Shown here piece after piece: positions 9,757 through 18,319 of a stretch of 64,000 nt of DNA (positions within the stretch are counted from its first letter, which is position 1; each line of letters starts with the position of its first letter). Below the pieces are notes generated by a model. It was not told the origin of the DNA. It worked only from the letters and a program-made list of their open reading frames with translations, and searched no databases. The DNA comes from Deltaproteobacteria bacterium. GTDB taxonomy: Bacteria; Myxococcota_A; UBA9160; SMWR01. A program made the translations under genes and the position numbers. The DNA lies in assembly GCA_032128115.1 (NCBI GenBank), contig JAQBHB010000041.1:164851-228850 (forward strand), read 5' to 3'.

Positions 9757-10077
9757 CTAAAGCGAACTCGGAGCGATGCCCGACCAGTCGCTGGGCTCCC
9801 GGGGCGCCGAGGCCCGCTCTACGTCCACGAGGATTCGCCGGTGCGCGCAACGTCTGGAAAGGGCTGGGTGAACGGGAAGCCGTACACCTCGCGCGCCACC
9901 GCGAATTTGTTGCTGCAATCCTGTGTCGCCGACGAGTACCTGCTCTTCGATCCGATCCCGGTCATGAAGCCCTGGGCAAAGATCGGGTGCAGCACGCAGA
10001 AGCCCGCGGCCGTGCCCACGTACTTCCAGGCCGCACGGGGCCTCGCAGATCCGGCAGAAAGTGTGGTGGGTTTCCAC
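9757..10077 (-). pseudogene. Collapsed remnant of a molybdopterin oxidoreductase
   Basis: N-terminus VETHHTFCRICEAPCGLEV (Fe-S motif). A second frame gives YVGTAAGF..HPIFAQGFMTGIGSKSRYSSATQDCSNKFAVAREVYGFPFTQPFPD. A C-terminal-like (TG)ILVDVE follows. Total only about 320 bp. Confidence 0.65.
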
Positions 10078-10224
10078 CCCTGGCCCTCTCGGTGCGGGGA
10101 ACTCCAGCACCCGGTCTCCACCACACCGGATGATTGGCTGGCCCGAGGGACGCTTCCGGTCGGCGGCAGTGCTTGTGAGACCGCGCCAGGCATACGATCA
10201 TCCAGGGCTGCGAAGGGGGGACGC

Positions 10225-11073
10225 ATGCACGAACCGCGATGCACGGCGATGGTCATGGGTAACCGAGCGGGTGTGATCGAGTGGGCCAACGAAGGTTGGG
10301 GACACCTGGTGGGGCTTCCGGCGCACGCAACCCTCGGGAAACCCCTGGGCTCGCTGCTTCAACGCTACGCCGTCTCGCCCGCGGCGGTGGACTGGGTGAG
10401 TCGCCGCTTCCTGGCGGGTGAAACCTGCGAAATCGAGCTGACCATGCGTCCGCCGGACTCGCGCGGCGAACGTTGGCTTCACGTGCGGGTCGAGCCGCTT
10501 CGCGACGACGCGGGAGAGGTGACCCACTTCATCGCGTACGCCGATGACATCAGCGAGCTTTCGCACCCGGAGCCTGGATCCGTCGAGGAGTGCGATCTGT
10601 CGGAAGTGGTCCGCAGGGTGGCCGTGCCCCTGGCACGGGAGCTGGGAGATCTCACCCGATTTGATCCGGAACTGGCGCGCGATCTGCCCCCCGCCTACGC
10701 GGATCGGTTTCGCGTGGGCGCCCTGGTGCAGCACCTGATCCGCTGCGCCATCCACGCCATCGGGTCGGAGTGGGGCACCATCAGTCTCACCACCGGGCTG
10801 CTGGGCCTCGAGCCCGAGCCCATCTCCCCGGGCAACCCGGCGGTCGGTCTCCCGCTTGGCCCCTACCTGTTCGTGGAGGTCCACGACACGGGCCTCACTG
10901 ACTGGGGAGAGGCGCGCTCGCGGATCAGCGGTCCCTTTCTTCCCGCGATCCATCCGCCCCGGGGCCAGCGCTTCCCGAACGCGATCCAACTGGCCTCCGA
11001 CCTCGGCGGCCGCGTCGACCTGGTGCACGACGGCGGGCCCGGCACCGGCGTGGTGCTGGTGCTGCCGGCGTAG
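10225..11073 (+). CDS. PAS/PAC domain plus degenerate HATPase_c domain (histidine-kinase-like, no HisKA)
   Basis: IEWANEGW...RWLHVRVEPLRDDAGEVTHFIAYADDISE (PAS-PAC), then VEVHDTG and GGRVDL...GTGVVLVLP. GAAGGGGGG RBS before the ATG at 10225. Confidence 0.7.
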   Translation: MHEPRCTAMVMGNRAGVIEWANEGWGHLVGLPAHATLGKPLGSLLQRYAVSPAAVDWVSRRFLAGETCEIELTMRPPDSRGERWLHVRVEPLRDDAGEVTHFIAYADDISELSHPEPGSVEECDLSEVVRRVAVPLARELGDLTRFDPELARDLPPAYADRFRVGALVQHLIRCAIHAIGSEWGTISLTTGLLGLEPEPISPGNPAVGLPLGPYLFVEVHDTGLTDWGEARSRISGPFLPAIHPPRGQRFPNAIQLASDLGGRVDLVHDGGPGTGVVLVLPA

Positions 11074-11088
11074 CGGGAGACCTGCCGC

Positions 11089-12087
11089 TCACAACCAGTC
11101 GGGCGTCGGGAGGCCCTTGCTTCGCAGGAATTCCGGGTTGAAGAGCTTGGACTGGTAGCGGGTTCCGAAGTCGCAGAGCACGGTGACGATGGTGTGGCCA
11201 GGGCCCAGTTCCTTCGCCATCCGGATGGCGGCGGCCACGTTGATGCCACTGGATCCGCCCAGGCACAGGCCCTCGTGCTTGAGCAGGTCGAAGATGATGG
11301 GCAGCGCCTCCTGGTCGGGGATCTGGTAGGCGTCATCGATGGGGGCGCCATCGATGTTCTTGGTGACGCGTCCCTGGCCGATGCCCTCGGTGATGGAGCT
11401 GCCCTCCGCCTTGAGTTCGCCGGACTTGAAGTAGCTGTACATGGCGGCGCCCATGGGATCGGCGGCCGCCGTGACGATGTCCTTGTTGCGCTCCTTGAGA
11501 AACTGACCCACGCCCGCCAGGGTGCCCCCGGTGCCGATCGCACACGTGAAGCCGTCGACCTTGCCGTCGGTCTGTTCCCAGATCTCGGGGCCCGTGGAGC
11601 GGAAATGTCCCGAGCGGTTCGAGAGGTTGTCCCACTGGTTGGCGTAGAGCACGCCCTTCGCCTCGCTCCCGGCCAGCTCCCCCGCCAGGCGCTCCGCGGT
11701 GTGGACATAGTTGTTGGGATCCTTGAAAGGCACAGCCGGCACCTGAAGCAGCTCCGCGCCGCATAGCATCAGCATGTCCTTCTTTTCCTGGCTCTGGGTC
11801 TCGGGGATCACGATCAGCGTGCGATAACCCCGCGCGTTTCCCACCAGGGCGAGACCGATCCCCGTATTGCCGGCGGTGCCTTCCACGATCAGGCCGCCAG
11901 GCTCGAGTTCGCCGCGCTCCTCCGCATCCAGGATGATGTATTTGGCGGCGCGATCCTTGACCGAACCTCCCGGGTTCAGGAACTCGGCTTTGCCCAGGAC
12001 GGTGCAGCCGGTGAGTTCCGAGGCCTTGCGCAGCTTGATGAGCGGCGTCTGCCCGATGCTATCGATGAATCCATCGCGTACATCCAC
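11089..12087 (-). CDS. cysK: Cysteine synthase (PLP-dependent O-acetylserine sulfhydrylase family)
   Basis: IGQTPLIKL, KAEFLNPGGSVKDR, EGTAGNTGIGLA, GTGGT, EGIG, CDFGTRY. Confidence 0.9.
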   Translation of the reverse strand: MDVRDGFIDSIGQTPLIKLRKASELTGCTVLGKAEFLNPGGSVKDRAAKYIILDAEERGELEPGGLIVEGTAGNTGIGLALVGNARGYRTLIVIPETQSQEKKDMLMLCGAELLQVPAVPFKDPNNYVHTAERLAGELAGSEAKGVLYANQWDNLSNRSGHFRSTGPEIWEQTDGKVDGFTCAIGTGGTLAGVGQFLKERNKDIVTAAADPMGAAMYSYFKSGELKAEGSSITEGIGQGRVTKNIDGAPIDDAYQIPDQEALPIIFDLLKHEGLCLGGSSGINVAAAIRMAKELGPGHTIVTVLCDFGTRYQSKLFNPEFLRSKGLPTPDWL

Positions 12088-12138
12088 GTCCTCGAAATCC
12101 TCCGTTGCGATGCAATCGCGCCTCGGGCGACGGACATT

Positions 12139-12735
12139 CTACCGTGACAGCGCTGCATCCAGCAGGGCGAAGTCGGCGGGCTCGAGCGGAAGCTCCCGCG
12201 CCAGCTCGCGCGCGGCTTCGCTCATCTTGGCCAGCGTCTTGCGGGTCACCTCCAGCAGCTTCTCAGCCTCGAGCTTGTGTGACAGGTCATGGAATTGCGT
12301 CTCCAGGAAGACCAGGCACAGGGCATCTTCCAGGACCTGCACCTCCGGGTCGCGCGCCAGATTCCTCTTCTGCACCAGGTCCCGCACCCGGGCCCGGATC
12401 GTTTCGTCGTAGCCCACGTGGGCGAGGATCGCGTCCACCTCACGGGCGTGGAAGAGCTGGAGCTCGCGACGCCAGCGCAGGTATCCGACGCGCCCTTCGG
12501 GAAACCCCGCGCGCGGCAGCGTCCAGCGTCGGATGTGATGGGCGCGGGCCGCCAGCCGCAGGGCTTCGCTGGCCTGGGGCTGCAGCCGCTCGATCCACTC
12601 GCTGGCCAGCTCCGCGTGGGCCAGCTCCTTGGGACGCGAGCGGCCGCGCACCCACAGCCGCACGGGATCGTCGGCGTTGGCCGCGTCGATGGCGGCCAAC
12701 GCCCGGACCATTCGATCGGGTTCGGTTGCCGCCAC
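12139..12735 (-). CDS. DUF4202 family protein
   Basis: AIDAANADDP, PKELAH, ALRLAARAHHIRRW, GYLRWR, QVLEDALCLVFLE, KMSE. GTG start with GAGG RBS. Confidence 0.8.
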   Translation of the reverse strand: MAATEPDRMVRALAAIDAANADDPVRLWVRGRSRPKELAHAELASEWIERLQPQASEALRLAARAHHIRRWTLPRAGFPEGRVGYLRWRRELQLFHAREVDAILAHVGYDETIRARVRDLVQKRNLARDPEVQVLEDALCLVFLETQFHDLSHKLEAEKLLEVTRKTLAKMSEAARELARELPLEPADFALLDAALSR

Positions 12736-12764
12736 GCGACCTCGCTTTCGACGTGGGGATCTCG

Positions 12765-13697
12765 TCAGTACCGGGTGAGCGTCGGATCGATGCGATCGAT
12801 CCAGGCCAGGATGCCGCCGCGCAGGTTCCAGGCGTTCTCGAAGCCCGCCTCCCGCAGCAGCTTCACCGCCCGGGAGGAGCGCGCGCCGGTCCTGCAGTGC
12901 ACCACCACGTGCGCCCCCGAGTCGAGTTCGCCGATCCGCGCAGGCAGGCTGCTCAGGGGAATCAGCTGGCCGCCCAGGTTGCAGGTCTCGTACTCGCCGG
13001 TCTCGCGCACATCCACCAGCACGAAGTCGCTGCCGCCGTCGCGCAGCGCCTTCAGGTCGTCCACTTCGATGTCCCAATCGGTCTGGACCGGGGCCCGAGC
13101 GACCGTGCGGGCGGCAGGGCCTCCAAGTTTCTGGAGCAGGGCATCGGCCGCCACCACCTCTTTTGCCGTCACCGAAACCGACAGCGGCTTGCGCGGGTCG
13201 TCGCCATGGGCGCGGCTCAGCTCGCAGCCCCCGTCGAAAAGCTTCTCGAAGACCGGGGCGATGTCGCGGCGCGCCGCCTCGAAACCGTCGGCCGTATTCG
13301 GTGTGGCGAGCCGATCGAGATACTGGATCGTCACCACATCCGTCGCGAAGCGCAGGTTCGCCTTCTCGTCCTGCTCGATGGCCTGGATCGCAATCAGCGA
13401 CTTCCGCAGCAGATCCCGCACCACCTCCGAGAGTGGCAGATCGCCGAAGCGCTTGCGGGTGGTGAGCAGCCCCGTGCGGCCGGCCGTCTGGTCGATGGCG
13501 TAGTCCACGTCGTGGCCCACCAGCAGCACCCCGGGTCCCTCGGGCACGTGCGCGTAGTCGGCCACGTCCAGCAGCAGTCCCTCGAGCGCGCCCTGCTGGA
13601 TGAAGCGGTGGAAGACTCCGATGAAGGGCTCCACGTCCACGGCGGCGCCAGGATCGGGAGACACGAAGAACTTGACGGCGATGCGCTGCGGAGTCAT
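12765..13697 (-). CDS. Uncharacterised N-terminal domain fused to a MoeZ-like rhodanese domain
   Basis: C-terminus LVDVRETGEY...HCRTGARS...NLRGGILAWIDRIDPTLTRY. The N-terminal about 190 aa (FHRFIQ, LLLDVADYAHVPEGPGVLLVGH) was not assigned. Confidence 0.75.
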   Translation of the reverse strand: MTPQRIAVKFFVSPDPGAAVDVEPFIGVFHRFIQQGALEGLLLDVADYAHVPEGPGVLLVGHDVDYAIDQTAGRTGLLTTRKRFGDLPLSEVVRDLLRKSLIAIQAIEQDEKANLRFATDVVTIQYLDRLATPNTADGFEAARRDIAPVFEKLFDGGCELSRAHGDDPRKPLSVSVTAKEVVAADALLQKLGGPAARTVARAPVQTDWDIEVDDLKALRDGGSDFVLVDVRETGEYETCNLGGQLIPLSSLPARIGELDSGAHVVVHCRTGARSSRAVKLLREAGFENAWNLRGGILAWIDRIDPTLTRY

Positions 13698-13704
13698 GAG
13701 CGGC

Positions 13705-15945
13705 TCAGGCGGCGGGCGCGACGGCGGCGCTGATCCTCGCCTCGCAGCTGTGAGCCGCCTCGATGAATAGCAGCGACTCCTCCACCCGGCGCGATGCCTC
13801 GCCGCCGTCTACCCGGGCCGGGGGCTCCGTGTGCCGGGCCAGCAGGTATTGCCCGAACTTGCCGCCGGCGTATTTGTCGAAGAAGCGCTCCGTGTCGAAG
13901 AAGCGGGCCTTGAATTCCTTCACGATGTCGGCGGGCTCCTCGGTCACGTCGATGAACTCGGTTCGCACCAGCGCGCGCGCGGCCGAGAGCATGGCGCGAT
14001 AGGCCAGATCCTCCGCTGCGTCGGGCTCGCCCTCTTCCAGAGCCACCTGGGCATCGAAGGCCTGGGACTCGGCCTTCACCACCTCGATCCCGAAAAGCGA
14101 CACCACCTCGCCAGCGCACTCGCCCACGCCCAGATCGCCCACGGTGAAGTCGCGGGCGTCGCTCCAGTCGACGTAGAAACTCGGGTCTTCGTCGTATCTG
14201 GGTACCGCCATGAACGGCTTGATGATCTCGCGCACGTTTCGCTTGCCCATGCGCCGGGTCCAGTCCTGGAAGGACTCGCTCTTTTCGCGCCCCTGTGCGT
14301 AGGCCTCGGTCAGCGCGTCCACCGCCTCGGGAATCGCCTTGCTGGGCACGGAGCCCATGGCCAGGCCATAGGACCCGGCATTGTGGGTCCACTGGCCGCC
14401 CAGGATCACCTGGAAGTGGGGCGCCGTGCGCTTGTCGATCTTGCGGCTGTTTCCGTAGAAGCCGATGTCGGCCAGATGGTGCTGGCCGCAGCTGTTGAAG
14501 CAACCCGAGATCTTGATCTTGAGACCGGTGATGGCTTCGGGCAATGCCGCCGACTTCTCCCCCAGGCGCTTGCGCAGCTGGGCGGCCAGGCCGCGGCTGC
14601 TTGCGATGCCGAGCTTGCAGGTGTCGGTGCCCGGGCAGGTGGTGATGTCCACGATGGTACCGGCACCCGGAGCGGCCAGTCCCACCCGGCGGAGCGCCTG
14701 GTACAGGGCGGGCAGGTCCGATTCGCTCACGAAGCGCAGCACGATGTTCTGTTCGACGGTGGTGCGCAGGTTCTCCCCCACGAACCGACGAGCGATGTCG
14801 GCCAGGGCGCGTGCCTGGTCGGCGGTGAGGTCGCCCAGGGGAAGGTTCACGGTGGCAACCGCGTATCCCTCCTGGCGCTGGGCCATCACGTTGCTGGCGC
14901 ACCAGGCCGGGAAACCCTCGGGCAGGTTGCCGGCGTCGAGCGCCTGCGCCGGGCGCGGCGCCTCGCCGCCGGTGCGGGGCAGGTCGTCCAGGAAATCGGT
15001 CCAGCGGGAGTCGTAGGGGATCGTCTTGCGCTCTTCCGCCACCAGCCGCCGGAACTCCTCGATCCCGAGCTTGGCCACCAGGAACTTGATGCGGGCGCGG
15101 CCGCGGTTCCTCTTCTCGCCGAGCCGCGCGAACACCCGCGCCACCGCCTGTATCTGGGGCAGGAACTCCTCGACCGGCGTGAACTCGCTCAGCACTTCGG
15201 CCTGGTGCGGCACCGTGCCCAGGCCGCCTCCCACGACGACCTTGAAGCCTCGCACCCCGTCGACCACGCGCGAGACGAAGCCCGCGTCGTGCATCTGGAC
15301 CAGCCCGCAGGCCTCGTGCTCGCAACCCGAGAAGGCGGGCTTGAACTTTCGCCCGAAGTCCTGCACGTCCGGATGACCCAGCAGGAAGTGCATGAGGGCG
15401 CTCGCGTACGGCGAAACGTCGAAGGCCTCGGTCTTGCAGACACCGGCCAGGGGGCAGGCGGTGACGTTTCGCACCGAGTTGCCGCAGGCCTCGCGCGTGG
15501 TGATACCCACCGCGGCCAGGCGCCGCATCAGGTCCGGCGTGTCCTCGATGTGCACGAAGTGGAGCTGTACATCCTGACGCGTGGTGATGTGCAGGATCGA
15601 GTCCGAGTACTCCTCCGAGAGAGCCGCAAGCACCTCCAGCTGCTCGGATGAGACTCCCCCGTACGGAATCTTGATGCGCTGCATGCCCGGGGCATCCCAG
15701 AGCGTATCGGGCCCCTTGGTGGGCTTGGCCTCGTAGGGGAGAGCGCGCACGGCGATGCCGTCGGCGCGCTTGCCGTTGTCGTAGCGCTGCCCGTAGACAC
15801 CACGGCGCAGACGAGTCTCGGCGAAGATCCTGTCTTCGAGCTTGCCCTGGCGGCGCAGCCCGATCTGACCCTCGAACAGGTCGATCTCGTCGGCCCAGGC
15901 CGCGTCCATGCGACCTGCGAGTTCCTGCTTCCAGCTCGTGCTCAT
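13705..15945 (-). CDS. Siroheme nitrite/sulfite reductase with C-terminal HEPN-like helical domain
   Basis: RGVYGQR, MQRIKIPYG, HITTRQDVQLH, EACGNSVRNV, RKFKPAFSGC and siroheme/4Fe-4S ligands CPGTDTC...SGCFNSC. Tail DLGVGECAG...AYRAMLSAARAL. Start MSTSW with GAGG RBS. Confidence 0.88.
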   Translation of the reverse strand: MSTSWKQELAGRMDAAWADEIDLFEGQIGLRRQGKLEDRIFAETRLRRGVYGQRYDNGKRADGIAVRALPYEAKPTKGPDTLWDAPGMQRIKIPYGGVSSEQLEVLAALSEEYSDSILHITTRQDVQLHFVHIEDTPDLMRRLAAVGITTREACGNSVRNVTACPLAGVCKTEAFDVSPYASALMHFLLGHPDVQDFGRKFKPAFSGCEHEACGLVQMHDAGFVSRVVDGVRGFKVVVGGGLGTVPHQAEVLSEFTPVEEFLPQIQAVARVFARLGEKRNRGRARIKFLVAKLGIEEFRRLVAEERKTIPYDSRWTDFLDDLPRTGGEAPRPAQALDAGNLPEGFPAWCASNVMAQRQEGYAVATVNLPLGDLTADQARALADIARRFVGENLRTTVEQNIVLRFVSESDLPALYQALRRVGLAAPGAGTIVDITTCPGTDTCKLGIASSRGLAAQLRKRLGEKSAALPEAITGLKIKISGCFNSCGQHHLADIGFYGNSRKIDKRTAPHFQVILGGQWTHNAGSYGLAMGSVPSKAIPEAVDALTEAYAQGREKSESFQDWTRRMGKRNVREIIKPFMAVPRYDEDPSFYVDWSDARDFTVGDLGVGECAGEVVSLFGIEVVKAESQAFDAQVALEEGEPDAAEDLAYRAMLSAARALVRTEFIDVTEEPADIVKEFKARFFDTERFFDKYAGGKFGQYLLARHTEPPARVDGGEASRRVEESLLFIEAAHSCEARISAAVAPAA

Positions 15946-16086
15946 GGGATCCTCGTGACCCGGCACCGTTCGCGCCCCCGTGCTGCGTCGCGAAGGATTT
16001 GGATGCCGGGTGGGGGGACCGGGATTCAAACCCTACAACCGCGCCCGGTGCGGAACAAGCCGCGCGTCGGATGCGGGCCGCTCTGG

Positions 16087-16115
16087 ATCATCCCGAAATT
16101 CCGGTTTTATTTCAA
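16087..16115 (-). promoter_or_regulatory. Putative sigma70 promoter of the sulfur operon
   Basis: Minus-strand TTGAAA-N17-GATGAT in an AT-rich patch about 140 bp upstream of the reductase start. Confidence 0.5.
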
Positions 16116-16119
16116 GCCC

Positions 16120-17721
16120 TTATGGAATCTCGCGAGAGTCCTGGGGTCGTCCCGAAATTCGCAGGCTGGCCGCCACGCCCACTCCCAGCACCAGAAGCAG
16201 CGGAAGCAGGCTGGCCCGGCTGGCGGGCCACACCCACTCCCCCGCATTGAAGGAGTTCCAGCGCACGCGCTCCGAGCCGAAGGCGTAGATCGTGTAGGCG
16301 CGTCCCTCGTAGACCCCCAGATCATTGCTGGAGACGGGACCCTGGGGGCGATCGCCTGCGAAGTGGCGAAGCAGGTAGCGCACCGGGTTCTTCTCCGGGT
16401 TCGGGACCTGGGGATTCACGGCGGTAGCCAGCAGCATGAACGCAGCCGAGACGACGGCGAGACCCGTCGTGACCCATGGCCGGCGTTCGAAGGCCGGCGC
16501 GAGACCCAGGGCCAGGAATGGCAGCGCCGGGATCAGGTAGCGCGGCCCGAACGTGAATCCTGCGTGCCAGCGATCGAAGGCCGCGTTCACCACCAGGAAG
16601 ATCGCGATCATCGCCACACACAGGATCGCCTCGTCTCGTGTCTCGCGGCGCGAGAACATGCGCCCGATCCCCAGGGCCGCCGCCGCCAGGACCGGACTCG
16701 TGAAGAAGAGGCCCCGGTGGCTGGAGAACAGGAGCTTCCAGGCAACCATGGCATCCGGAAGCGAGAACATGCCGAGCCAGCTCTCGCGGCCGCGGAACGT
16801 TTGCGCCATGTACGCGTGGGGAAGCGCGAAAGGGCTGCCGAAGCAGAGCGCGTGGTAGCTCGCGAGCACCAGCGCCGGCGCTATCCCGCCGGCGGCGAAC
16901 GAAGCCAGCAACCTGGGGGAGCCGACCCGCCAGGCATAGGCCGCAAGCAGGGGCACCGCCACGCCGGCGCTGTAGTTGAACACCACGGCGAAGCCCGCGG
17001 CGGCACCGGCACCCGCGAACGCGAGCGTCCCCGCCCGGCGATCTGCGTCGGAGAGATCACGCGCCCGCACCAGCAGGGTGAACGCCAGCAGCAGCAGAAT
17101 CGCCACGGGCACGTGGTCGAAGAGCATCGTCGAGAACGGGAACATCATCGTGCCCAGTCCGAACGTCCACGCGGCCGCCAGCTGAGGGAGGGGGCCAATC
17201 TCTGGGAAGAGCGCGCGCGACGCCCGGTAGAAGACCAGGCACCCGAGGGCGCCCACGAGACCCACGGAGAGTGCGGTGGCGAGCCAGGCATTGACGGTGA
17301 GCGAACGCCAGGCATCCGGATCGGCACCCAGCCTCGATCCGACCGCCTGGACCACCCCGTAGGCGGGTGCGGCCAGCAGGCTGATTCCCGGCGCCTTGTT
17401 GGGATAGACGCGCCCATCGTGCAGGGACAGATCACCGCTGTTGGGGTCGGGGACCGACTCGAGCGAGGGCACCGGCTCGGGCAGCGCGACCCGGCGGATC
17501 TCGAGCTCGCCGTCGCGCGTGACCGGGCGGTACAACAGGTAGTCGTTGATGCGAAGCTCGCCGGCCCCGACCAGGGCGCGAACCTGATCGAGACGGCTGT
17601 TCTGCTGCCAGCCTCCACCCTGGTGGAACCAGACGTACGCCAGGAACAACGAGAAGAAGAGGATCCACTCGGTTCGATCTGGCCTATGAAAGATCGGTCG
17701 ACGCAAGCTGGAATGCTGCAA
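16120..17721 (-). CDS. GT-C-fold-like polytopic membrane protein (PMT/ArnT-like)
   Basis: N-terminal TM, QNSRLD, YPNKAPG, many TMs, RGLFFTSP and GPRYLIPALPF. Confidence 0.6.
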   Translation of the reverse strand: MQHSSLRRPIFHRPDRTEWILFFSLFLAYVWFHQGGGWQQNSRLDQVRALVGAGELRINDYLLYRPVTRDGELEIRRVALPEPVPSLESVPDPNSGDLSLHDGRVYPNKAPGISLLAAPAYGVVQAVGSRLGADPDAWRSLTVNAWLATALSVGLVGALGCLVFYRASRALFPEIGPLPQLAAAWTFGLGTMMFPFSTMLFDHVPVAILLLLAFTLLVRARDLSDADRRAGTLAFAGAGAAAGFAVVFNYSAGVAVPLLAAYAWRVGSPRLLASFAAGGIAPALVLASYHALCFGSPFALPHAYMAQTFRGRESWLGMFSLPDAMVAWKLLFSSHRGLFFTSPVLAAAALGIGRMFSRRETRDEAILCVAMIAIFLVVNAAFDRWHAGFTFGPRYLIPALPFLALGLAPAFERRPWVTTGLAVVSAAFMLLATAVNPQVPNPEKNPVRYLLRHFAGDRPQGPVSSNDLGVYEGRAYTIYAFGSERVRWNSFNAGEWVWPASRASLLPLLLVLGVGVAASLRISGRPQDSREIP

Positions 17722-17785
17722 GCTCCCTCACAGCGGTGGGAACGACCCGGCGCCGGAACGTAGCGCGGACGTGTATCGTGTGTTC

Positions 17786-18319
17786 ATGCTCCGCTCTGCC
17801 ACGTTCCTCGCCATCGGGCTCCTGGTGGTCTGGGGCCTGGTGGCCCTGGTTCCGTACGCGGCGATGTACTCGACCCTGCGCCCGCTGTCGCGAGCCGAAC
17901 GGGGTGAGCTTGCCTCGGACGAGGCGCAGAGCTTCCTGGTGCGGGCCGGGCGCGTGGACCTGCGCAGACGACTGGCGCTGCGCAGCCAGCGAGGCACCGC
18001 GCTTCCCTCGCCGCCGGCGAATGCCTGGCGCTGGGGCTACGAGGAATCGCTGCGGCTGCCTGCCGACGCGAAGATCTACCTGAATGATCCCCGGGCCGCC
18101 GTCTACTTCTACGGAACCTTCTTCTGGCTCCCGGCGCGGCTCGATGTGAATCCGGAGCCGGTGACGATCACGGGACACGCGAACCTCAAGCGCGGTGCGC
18201 GCCGCGTCCCCGAAAGCGACTTCGCCGAGCTCGAGCGTCGAGGATACAGCCACGTGGTGACGCGCGCCCACGAGAGCTTCGAGATCGTGGATCTTTCGCC
18301 AGCGGGAGAAGTACCGTGA
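17786..18319 (+). CDS. Hypothetical membrane-anchored protein
   Basis: N-terminal hydrophobic segment; its stop overlaps the next start (GTGA at 18316). Confidence 0.55.
   Translation: MLRSATFLAIGLLVVWGLVALVPYAAMYSTLRPLSRAERGELASDEAQSFLVRAGRVDLRRRLALRSQRGTALPSPPANAWRWGYEESLRLPADAKIYLNDPRAAVYFYGTFFWLPARLDVNPEPVTITGHANLKRGARRVPESDFAELERRGYSHVVTRAHESFEIVDLSPAGEVP

Noticed and set aside
13705..14100. HEPN-like tail as an RNase toxin or defence effector
   Set aside because: No clear Rx4-6H catalytic motif; it is fused to a metabolic enzyme in a cysteine-synthesis operon.
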